Source: Flectonema sp. DT1601 (taxonomy: Eukaryota). Taken from it: a stretch of DNA of 64,000 bases. Each line of letters starts with the position of its first letter. Position 1 is the first letter of the stretch. The notes below the pieces were generated by a model, which searched no databases, was not told the origin of the DNA, and worked only from the letters and a program-made list of their open reading frames with translations. Positions 43,120-52,045 of the stretch are shown here, one piece after another. The DNA is taken from the NCBI GenBank assembly GCA_964019425.1, contig OZ025798.1, positions 248,001 through 312,000 on the forward strand, given 5' to 3'. A program made the translations under genes and the position numbers.

Positions 43120-46100
43120 TTACTTGGAAATCAGGTGGCTTGGCATACAGATCACGTTTCCGACACCAGTTCCATTCTCAACATAGCATCCGTAACCAGA
43201 TCCCATCAATCTTTTGCCCCCGTCAGCACCTCTTGCCATATCCCAGTTGTCCATTAAACCACAAATTGTTGTAGAACACGTAACCATTGTTTCCGTGTCT
43301 GCTGGTGTCCATCCCAGATTGCAGCTTGATGATTGCTTGATGATTGACAGCGAAGAGCAAGGTACCGATGGTGGTGGAGTAGGTGCTGGTGGTGGTTGAG
43401 TAGGTGTTGGAACTGGAGTTGTGTTGTTCGACATACAGATGATACTTCCCGTACCACTTCCATTCTCAATAATGCATCCGTAACCCAATCCCATGAATCG
43501 TTTGTTAGGGTCAGCACCTCTTGCCATATCCCAGGTGCCCATCAAATCACAAATAGTTCTCGAACAAGCAGTCATGGTGTCCGTGTCTGCTGGCCTCAAT
43601 CCCGAATCGCACACCATCGAATGTTGCTTAACCATCACGTGGGAGCAATTTGGAGTTGGTGGTGTTGGAGTTGGAGTTGGAGTTGGGGTTGGTACCGGTG
43701 GAGGTGTTGGAGGGTGGCTTGGCATACAGATCACATCTCCGGCACCAGTTCCATTCTCAACATAGCATCCGTAACCAGATCCCATCAACCTTTTGGTATC
43801 GTCAGCACCTCTTGCCATATCCCAGTTGTCTATTAAACCACAAATTGTTGTAGAACACGTAACCATTGTTTCCGTGTCTGCTGGTGTCCATCCCAGATTG
43901 CAGCTTGATGATTGCTTGTTGATACTCAGTGAGCTGCAATCAATAGCAGTCTGTTTGTATTTTAATAACACCCGACAATACCGATAGTTAGTTAGTTAGT
44001 TAGTTAGTTAGCTAGCCCGACATACCATCGAGTACCGGTTAGATAGACACAACAGGGTGGAACGGTTAACCACCTGTGAGTCCCCAATACTACGACTTTA
44101 TGTCGAACCTGATCCCTGAGAGGATCACTTTTTTAGCGTAAGCGAGGAAATCTAATGTTCGAGAGACACTGATACCTCAATGCTTCGGCCTTGACCGGTT
44201 CGCCAGCGAAATAACAAAGTTTGGGGAGGGGAAAGGAAGTTGATAATGATAATGATAATGATAAAAGGCAAAAACAAAAAAGAATTGGCTTTAACTTCAA
44301 CTATACAGAAAATAATGATATAACACTGTGATTTTTTGTTTGTGCACGAAACCGGACCCCTTTCCAGTGGATTGTTCGTGGCCGTCGTGTCTAGTTTGAT
44401 ATGGTATCTATCAAAGTTGGGAGAATAACGGTCTTTTATGAGATAATAAACCGATGTGATGCGGTGTTCGTTCTTCTTGTGTATCATTTCTTAGTATGCT
44501 TCATCTTCCAGTCTAGTGTGCTTGTCAGCAATATTGTCCTCGCTCACCACGTACTCGACGTGCAGAACTGAACTAGACCTGTCCAACAGTCGATGAATAG
44601 TCCGTAACATGGGTTGTACATTTTGTTGTAGAGAATAGCCACGGTGCAACGAACCGATAACTCCCTTGTTGTCTACATGTCCTGTCACCCTGCAACTCTG
44701 CAGTTTTAACTCTGTCACTACATATTCAATGGCCTTGACTACTGCGAAAAATTCCTTTTCGAAAATCCCCATGTTCACTATATCGTGCGGGAAGCGTCCT
44801 CTCCGATAAGAGTTTCCCACTACAAATGCCCAGGCTTTTGTACTTGCATCAGATACGAAAGTTATTTCTGTTTCATATCTACGCTTATTCCACCGCACCC
44901 ATTCGTTCTTCACAAGCTCCCTGAACTCGAGCCTAAGAGAGTTCATGTACTCCTCTGAGATTTTCACTGCTGTGTTCCAGAAAACCTTAGATTTCGGGTC
45001 GCCTTCCTGCATCAGTTCAGACATTCCCATCAGGAGTTCTGTCGCCTCGTGTAGACGTAATCTCAGCGCATGACGTCTCCACAAAATGATTCCCGAAATC
45101 TTCCAGTAACTACGTCGTAGGTTCACGCGTGAGTCCAAGATCATTTTCCCTGGTTCAGCGACCGCTTTGACCCATTTTTCCTTTAGTTTCCAACATTTCC
45201 TCGTCAAGTCAGCTTCTATTCCTAATGTGATTATGTATGTGTTGGGTTCTGTGACCGCGCCTATCGTAATTGAATATTTCAGACATAGAGTTCGGAATCT
45301 ATCTCTAACCGATTGTAGAACCTGTATATCATCCGCCGCAAAGATGGCATTGTCAATCCACCCAATGCCGGACACATCCCTCCCATCTATTGCATCTTCG
45401 ATCAGATTCAGAAGAACAGCCTGGGCCAATTGAGGTGCACCTCTGTACCCCATCGGCAGACGTGTCATCCGGTAGATCTTCTTGTCTACTCGAAAAGAGA
45501 ACAATGGTCTAATTCTTTCAGGAATCGGGAATTGAAAGAAATACGATGCAAAGTCAAACTCGCAAGCGTATCTACGTGGTAGCAAGGTTTCCACTATCGT
45601 TTCGTAAGACGGTAGCCTGCATGGCGGTAACGAGGTATAAGCTGTTAACTCAGTAATAGTCTTACAATTTAGGATGAAACGTAATTGTCCAGGTGTACTT
45701 TTCGGTATGAGAAACGCAGAGTGCATGAATCTATTCGTCGTCGATCTAGGAGATGGTTCGGCGAAACCAAGCTCAAGCATGCGTTCGGTATGAGGTTTTA
45801 ATTGGACATTCTTTGCGCCTATCCCAGATTCGTCTTCTTGTGGCGAATTGTTAATCACTTGGATGACAAAGTTCGGATCTGCAATCCATCTCATGTTTGT
45901 TCTCAGGTTCGGATAGCTTCCCACTAGCAGTTCCATGTTTACCGGTTCCATTCTTATTCCAGATATGGTTCCGTCATAACATGTTCGCGGACAACGTGTT
46001 CCAGTTATCCCCGTTAGCCATCCTTCCGCGTAGTCGTACATGCGGAATCCTGCTTCCAATTTTGAAGCCCAAAAAGGTCTGTCATGGATAGCTTTCACTG

Positions 46101-49100
46101 CAGTAGTGCGGCCGCTTTTATCGTATTCCGAGTCGAGGTCCAAGTCTCCGGCGGTATGTAGAACTGGGTTGACGTCCCTGATGCATGCCGCGCCATCGCC
46201 TGAGCGTCCCGTTCCGACGACTCCAACGCGACATACGTGAGTGCACTGTGACGTATGTAGTGGCTCGTGGTGTCGAGATGTCTTTCCAGCCATCTGTTGT
46301 ATCCCGATCGGTTCAAACCCGTGAATACCATTTCGCCATTCGTTGTTGTCAACCATTGCAACACCACGCGGAATAAAGAGCCATTTTTTGCTACCAGAAT
46401 CCATTGACCTCGTCTCGTTTTGTCGGTCTTCCCCCCGACCAAGCCAATTAGGTAACCGTTCCTGACTTCTCGGATGTCCCGTCTCCTCAGTAGCATCAGG
46501 TCGATAAATCTCGCCGCCAGAGACCATTGTGTGGCCAACACCGCTACATACATCCCTTCCTGTCGACGGATTACTTCCGTGATCTCTTCCTTGGTGCGTA
46601 TTTTCGTCAGCATTCCCTCCCTTCGCTGATTTTCGTCTGTTGACCTTGTCATGGCCTTCCGGAATGCAGCTGTGGGCGGAATTGCAGCCGAGCGAAAACT
46701 TGCCAAGTATTGGTTCGCCGACTGTGGTTGCAACTCTCCCAAGTTGATCTTTGCCTGTAGCCACAGGAGGAAACTCCGCGTCGGCGGCATATCCGGTTTT
46801 ATCGCACATATGGTTGCATCGAAGGGGATCCAATTTCGCATTACCGATCTTATCGATGCTTGTGTCGATTCGGCGAAACAACCGGTCAGTGTCAGGTCCA
46901 ACTGACTCTCGAGTTCCTCGAGTTTCTCCGAGTTCACTATGGCAAGTGATTTTTTCGGCGGTCTTCCGATCCGCTTTTTGCCTTGCGTCCCTTCTGGAAC
47001 AGGCCCCCACACATCGTGTGGTTTTCCTCCATTCAATACTTCCTCTTTCCTCCAGCTCCCTTCCCTGAAAAATGACGTTTACGGTCGCCACCGCTCATTT
47101 GGTCACCCTCGTGGGTTTGCCCCGGGAGCGCGGTTCTCATCGTCTCCTTCATCGCGAGGCCAATTAGTCGCTCCGTATACTCCCCGTATCCGTACGTCTT
47201 GAGGTACCCCTCATAGGCGCCGGTCATCTTTCTGTTCCTCGTCGAGAACAGCAGATCTTCCATGCGGTCCACCGCCACTTGCAACGTCTGCCTGACGTGC
47301 CCTGAGCTGTTGGAGACCGGTAGCAGGCCGTCAATCATTCTCAGCAAGTGCCGCATTTCGTGCGACACTGCCCCCCCGCCCTCGACAGCAGTCCCGGGAT
47401 TGCTTTTCCGTTGACTGTGCCGTAACGCTGTTGCAAACCTGCAAACACGTAATTCAGGCCAGACGGGGTTTTTAGGTTTTCCACCCAAGTGACGACCCTA
47501 CGTGGATCCATCGTCACCCGCTCCACTACAGTTAATTCCTTAACTGTTTCCGCAACTGGCATCGTTGCGTTAAAATGTCGCCCTTCCGGTACGAGCATTG
47601 CATATGGGGCTCCATTCCGGAGCACAAACCCACATGGAGGACACACCCATTCCTGGGATGCCTCAGGCAACCACCTGGCTTGGGTGACTTCGTCGTTGCC
47701 TAAACGGGACTTGAGACATTCCGTCTCGCCCATTTCACCGCATCGGTGACAGTTCGTGCCGTCCGTATGTATTTTTCCGCATAACGGAAACACACAACAT
47801 TGGTCTGTCGCTGACGGATGCGCCCCTTCCGGGATCTCAGGCACCTCGACAGTTGACCAGTCGAAATCTTGTGGGATATCTACTTTCGACATTTTGTGAG
47901 TTTTTGTTTGTGCACGAAACCGTGAACCGACTTAAACTGATAAAGCTAAAGGAGGTTTACGTGTGCTGCCAACATTCTTTTTCGTTCTTACAATACTTGT
48001 TAAATGCAAAAAAAAAAAAGAAAAAAACAGAAGGGAATGGATAGAGAATTCATATGTTAAATAAGTAATAGTAATTATAGTAATCCTGGATGAATTTTGA
48101 CTGCTACTGATGATGACTGACCTAAGAGGATGCCAGTGTCACATGCCAAGAGATATGTCGATATAGGACTTAGTCGGAGGTCCACGGACCCTGTGGTCAA
48201 ACCAATTGGGATTAATCCTTTTGTAGTCGGCGTAGTGGATCTTATTCAAAAGATCTGTGAATTGCGTTCCCACGATACCGAGGTAGCAATTCAGTTCCAC
48301 TGTCCATAGATGTTCATGTATCTCCTTGATTTCGGTGCGGTCGTATTCTTGTGTGATGGCCTGCATGACTACGGTCGTGTCATTCGGGGATAACTTTGGA
48401 AGATTGGAGTATCTGTTGAGGTGTCACAGAAGTTTCTGTCTTGGTATGGCTACGCGTAGCGGGAAACTCATTAAGTAGCTGTCCAATTCCTTCAGCATGG
48501 CGGCTAAAAACGGTTGATTGTCTGTATCGAAGAAGGTATGATGGTGCTGGCCTACATCTTCCGTGTCATCTGTCGGGAGATTCGGGAAGAACTTTCGAAC
48601 AATCTGACTCACTCCCTTGCACTTAGAGAGGAGGTGGTTGCGCATCTGTCTCGGTGTGATCACAGAATCGGCAGTCGGTAAGACCCAAACCTGGCAGCTT
48701 AACCAATTTGTGGTGACCAGTGCGTATTTGAGCAATACTCACCTCGTCCTCCCGAGAGATGTCAGGATGAAACCTCTGTACTCTTCCTGCTGATGTAGCT
48801 AAGCAGTGGACATGCATTGTGTCGCGGGATCTGAGCCATTCCCTTCTCACCTGGCTGATTATGGAACATTGGGCCATGCGGTAGTCGAACTCAACTTCCG
48901 TGAGCGGCAGGTCGGAAGCCGCCGCTTTGGAGGCTAGGTTGTCCGCCAATTCATTCCCTATTACACCACAATGGGAGGGTACAAATTGAATTGATATCGG
49001 ACGGTTTAGGGAAGATATCATTTTAAATATCTCGCTGTTAGTACGCGAGGATTGGCATAGATAGCCTTTAGCCAGGCTTCTTAGCGACGACTGGCTATCC

Positions 49101-51424
49101 GATATGACGTGAATGCGACCATATGGGAGCCGTGCTGAGTTCTCGCGGATGAGATCGAGGGCTGAGATCAGTGTGCGCTGTTCGGCGTTGTAAATCATGA
49201 GTGAAGGATGGTAGCGCTGTTGCTTCTTGTAGCACTTGTTCCTGTTGACGAGTACTGCCGCGTTGCCACAGTGGTAATTGCCATCCTTGTCCTCGAAATA
49301 CGAAGCATCAGTGTATACTCTGGCAACTGCCGGCGGGAGAGACTCCAACGAAGCGATGGCAAATTTGAGGTTGAGTCCCGAGTCCTGTGACTTTCTGAAA
49401 TCTCTGTTAGGTATAATTGTTACGTTGGGTGGTGTTAACCACGGTACTTGGTAATGTTGTAAATACATCTGCGATCTGAGTCGGGGTGTTGGATAGCGTC
49501 TGGATGAATGCGAGGCTGAAGCTTCCCACGGAGTCTCCTCCTTATTGCCTTTGAAGAGACCCCATGTCGGTAGATTATCATTGTATCGCTGGAATCGTTC
49601 ATAGCACAGTGCTAGGGACTTAGTCAGATGTTGCTGAAACGGTAGAATATCTGACTCTACTGATACTGCTGAGGTCGACGCCGATTGGGAACAGCCCGTT
49701 AGTCTCAACATGAGCTTCCTGTGGACCGAGCTTACATGTGCCCATGATTTCTAGCGGAGGAATGGGGCGTATGCAGCTAGGCCGTGGAATGCCCTAGCTA
49801 GTACCAAACCATTCACCAGTTGTTTCAGAGTTTCCGTCTTGATCCTGAAGGATGAGATCATCTTTAGAAGACCAATTCCACGCTTCAGCGTGCTTTCCAT
49901 TTTGTTCAATTATGGAATAAAGGAGAGACGGTCGTCGATCAACACACCCAGATATCTCGCCTGTCTGAGAGGCTTGGCTGTTGTCATCGTGAGAGCCTTC
50001 TTACTCACTCTGCTTCGCAATTCTGAACGAGTCGACACCTTCCTTCCGTTCACAGTTAGGGGAAAGGTTGTTCCTCCATCGCGATTCAGTTGTGCTCCAG
50101 GTCCTATGTCTAAGTCGTCTAAAAGGTCCATCGGGCTTGAAATGGACTCCAGTTTTATAGTTGATGGAAGATACAGTCTAGGGAATCTACAGAGCCCCCT
50201 GCCAGGGTCAAACCGTGTGCCAATGGCTAGAAACTCCGTCTTCTCTATTGACAGACTCATTTCTGAGTCTACTAGCCAGCCCTCCACTTGCCGTATTGCC
50301 TCATTGGCTTTATCCTCCAGATCACCAACTTTCGTACTGCTAACAAATATAGAAAGGTCGTCTGCATAAAGAAGCTTCAGATCGGCACTCTTGATCGACT
50401 GTGGTAGGGAGTTGACGTATAGTCTGAAGAGGAGAGGTCCAAGGATGCTACCTTGTGGGACACCTTTATTACATTCGACCTTCTTCGAGAAAGAGTCGCC
50501 ATATTGCAGACGGGCCGACCGGTGAGTTAGGAAATCAGAGATCCATCTAACAAATGGTGACGGTAGGAGTGGTTTGAGTCTTGCTATTAACTTATTATGA
50601 TTAACATCATCAAAAGCACCTGAGATGTCAAAGAACAGCAGGACTCCACATCTGTTGAAATCGCTTCTTACTTCTGATGCTGCATTCGTTAAGACCGCGA
50701 TGTTTTCTTCAGTAGTCCTGACCGGGACGAAACCAGCTTGATTGGGGTCAAGGTTACCCTCCATAATATGCTCCAGTCGCCGGAGGATCAGAGATTCAAT
50801 GAATTTAGCCACAGTTATCGAAATCGGACGGTACGACGACGGTTCCACTGGATCTTTTCCATTACCTTTGAGAAATGGAATTACGTTGCTTCTTTAAAAC
50901 AATCTGGCAGAATGCCGCGCTGTAGTGACCAGTTGGCAATCTTGAGTAGGACCTCCTTCATCCCGGTTCCTAAGTGTAGAATCATGTTATTCGTGATTGC
51001 GTCAGGTCCCGCACTATCGGTCTTCCTGAGCGAGTGGAAAACGGCCTGGGCTTCTTCCAAAGAGAAGGGTTTACACTCAGGGATTTCGAGGTCTTCTGGT
51101 TTTACCGTTGGGGACTGTGATCTGCCTACATCGTTACTTGAGGGGAAAAAACGTTCCAACAGCGACTTCAGCGGGGCTTGTGGTTTAGGAAGGGACGTTT
51201 TATCACCTCTAAGTTCTCTCAGTTTCCTGTATGTCCAAGAAAAACCCTTATCGCTGCTACCGATACTAAATTCAGACTGTTAGTTGGTACGAAATTCTTG
51301 TTGTACAAACTAACTAAGTAACCCTTCCACACAATAACAAATCATTTCAATAAGGAAGGGAATGATGAAATAATAAACATACCGAAGACGCAAACAAACC
51401 GATAACAACAACAAAAGTCTTCAT
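43120..51424 (-). CDS. Secreted tandem APT-like lectin, 3 domains (type F); exons 51424-51383, 43950-43120; intron carries a 7.3-kb nested retroelement insertion
   Basis: Both exons and both splice sites are intact. The intron sequence resumes exactly at 51258 after the insertion. Confidence 0.8.
43979..43986. repeat. 8-bp target-site duplication TACCGATA (second copy at 51258-51265)
   Basis: Uninterrupted introns of the paralogues contain a single ...caaTACCGATActaaa. Confidence 0.9.
44327..44354. repeat. 28-bp internal direct repeat (second copy at 47895-47922; 27/28 identical)
   Basis: tgtga(t/g)tttttgtttgtgcacgaaaccg flanks the coding region on both sides. Confidence 0.9.
44491..47091 (-). 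CDS. Reverse transcriptase + RNase H of the YR retroelement (true start uncertain; first ATG after the YR gene is 46041)
   Basis: RT motifs FLIPK..LRFILNC, EFDFASYFFQF, LPMGYRGAP, WIDN, LGIE. DIRS-type RNase H motifs SDAS, IFEKE, VDN, V.SEDN.AD. Confidence 0.9.
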   Translation of the reverse strand: MATVNVIFQGRELEERGSIEWRKTTRCVGACSRRDARQKADRKTAEKITCHSELGETRGTRESVGPDTDRLFRRIDTSIDKIGNAKLDPLRCNHMCDKTGYAADAEFPPVATGKDQLGRVATTVGEPILGKFSLGCNSAHSCIPEGHDKVNRRKSAKGGNADENTHQGRDHGSNPSTGRDVCSGVGHTMVSGGEIYRPDATEETGHPRSQERLPNWLGRGEDRQNETRSMDSGSKKWLFIPRGVAMVDNNEWRNGIHGFEPIGIQQMAGKTSRHHEPLHTSQCTHVCRVGVVGTGRSGDGAACIRDVNPVLHTAGDLDLDSEYDKSGRTTAVKAIHDRPFWASKLEAGFRMYDYAEGWLTGITGTRCPRTCYDGTISGIRMEPVNMELLVGSYPNLRTNMRWIADPNFVIQVINNSPQEDESGIGAKNVQLKPHTERMLELGFAEPSPRSTTNRFMHSAFLIPKSTPGQLRFILNCKTITELTAYTSLPPCRLPSYETIVETLLPRRYACEFDFASYFFQFPIPERIRPLFSFRVDKKIYRMTRLPMGYRGAPQLAQAVLLNLIEDAIDGRDVSGIGWIDNAIFAADDIQVLQSVRDRFRTLCLKYSITIGAVTEPNTYIITLGIEADLTRKCWKLKEKWVKAVAEPGKMILDSRVNLRRSYWKISGIILWRRHALRLRLHEATELLMGMSELMQEGDPKSKVFWNTAVKISEEYMNSLRLEFRELVKNEWVRWNKRRYETEITFVSDASTKAWAFVVGNSYRRGRFPHDIVNMGIFEKEFFAVVKAIEYVVTELKLQSCRVTGHVDNKGVIGSLHRGYSLQQNVQPMLRTIHRLLDRSSSVLHVEYVVSEDNIADKHTRLEDEAY
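46095..47036 (-). CDS. Tyrosine recombinase
   Basis: Catalytic set in the expected order: R (LAARFIDL), K (GGKTD), HxxR (HYIR), H (ARHAS), Y (TQFYI). No ATG start. Confidence 0.9.
   Translation of the reverse strand: MNGGKPHDVWGPVPEGTQGKKRIGRPPKKSLAIVNSEKLEELESQLDLTLTGCFAESTQASIRSVMRNWIPFDATICAIKPDMPPTRSFLLWLQAKINLGELQPQSANQYLASFRSAAIPPTAAFRKAMTRSTDENQRREGMLTKIRTKEEITEVIRRQEGMYVAVLATQWSLAARFIDLMLLRRRDIREVRNGYLIGLVGGKTDKTRRGQWILVAKNGSLFRVVLQWLTTTNGEMVFTGLNRSGYNRWLERHLDTTSHYIRHSALTYVALESSERDAQAMARHASGTSTQFYIPPETWTSTRNTIKAAALLQ
47033..47892 (-). CDS. ORF1/gag-like protein with N-terminal PHD-finger-like motif, split over two frames (47892-47341 and 47488-47033)
   Basis: CVFPLC..CHRC..ETEC..WVCPPC. 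The two frames can be joined by a -1 shift at the G7 run (47371-47377). Confidence 0.6.
48139..51257 (-). pseudogene. Disrupted LINE ORF (RT, RNase H, zinc knuckle)
   Basis: RT motifs YRPIS, QAGF, DISGAFD, GVPQGSILGP, YADD, YLGV. RNase H motifs YTDAS, SDSQS, VPSHCGVIGNELAD. CRFC..HLLSKC spans a frameshift. Frameshift at ~50885, in-frame stop at 49910, further lesions at ~49750 and ~48640. Confidence 0.9.
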
Positions 51425-52045
51425 CTTATTTATTTACTGTCATCAGGAGGTAAAAAAGATACACAAGGAAGAACAAAGGCAACATGCAACTATAAATAGG
51501 GTTGCTTCACATAACTACTCACTTTAAATAGGAATCCACGTCGGTCAATACTATAAATACCATTAACTTGCTGTCAAGGCGTAGGCCACGTGCTTCAGGT
51601 TGAACAGAATCAGGAGGGGAGGAAGTGAGTACAGCCTAATTGAAGCAAAGCTTCTGATAATTTCATTATTCATTTATTGTGTAGTTTCGGTATTTGATGA
51701 TTCAAAAATAAATATTTTAATCTCTAATCAAAAGTCTCCACTTTTTAAACTAGTTGTTTGCTTTTTTTTTTTTCTTCTTTTCTTTTTCCAGCTCTTCTTC
51801 TTCCCCTCCGGACCCCCTCCACAAAAATATTAACTAAACAACAAAAGGGCAAAGCATCAGCTACACCGATACTGTCCTCCCGCGAGGAATAAGCAAAACA
51901 AAAACTCCTGTAAAGAAGACAGTTGCAATATACCCACTTAACTTATATTTTCAAAAGATGGCAGCAGGCAGAATGTATAAAAGAATGATATAAAAAAAAC
52001 ATATAAATAACTAAGGAAGGGGAAAGCAAAGATATTGTTCAAAAT

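Larger units (their letters stand above)
44285..48009 (-). mobile_element. Tyrosine-recombinase retrotransposon, VIPER/TATE-like gene order (gag-like, YR, RT/RNase H)
   Basis: Ends defined by homology to the short element; imperfect 11-bp inverted termini TTGGCTTTAAC / TTGCATTTAAC; ORF motifs as listed below. Confidence 0.9.
43987..51257 (-). mobile_element. 5'-truncated, decayed non-LTR retrotransposon (RT + RNase H + CCHC; Ingi/I-group-like), interrupted in its 3' UTR by the YR element at 44285-48009
   Basis: TSD, (CTAA)6 3' tail at 43987-44011 and coding fragments at 48139-51257. No endonuclease domain is present, consistent with 5' truncation. Confidence 0.9.
736..51424 (-). repeat. Tandem gene array: 14 intact copies + 1 fragment of a secreted aerolysin-APT-like repeat protein, with modular repeated spacers
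   Basis: The same exon 1, intron, exon 2 start, ...HLISK end and 3' flank recur at every copy. The window begins in a spacer matching that at ~21532, so the array probably continues beyond position 1. Confidence 0.95.

Noticed and set aside
751..43987. Many short plus-strand ORFs over the array genes
   Set aside because: Antisense shadows of the repetitive coding sequence.
48100..48145. Possible hammerhead ribozyme (CTGATGA) near the LINE 3' UTR
   Set aside because: No matching GAAA or supporting stems found.
736..51257. Diversity-generating retroelement (variable C-type-lectin-fold proteins beside reverse transcriptases)
   Set aside because: Both RTs belong to ordinary retrotransposon classes with their own boundaries. 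I see no non-coding template repeat and no adenine-restricted variation; duplication and conversion explain the diversity.
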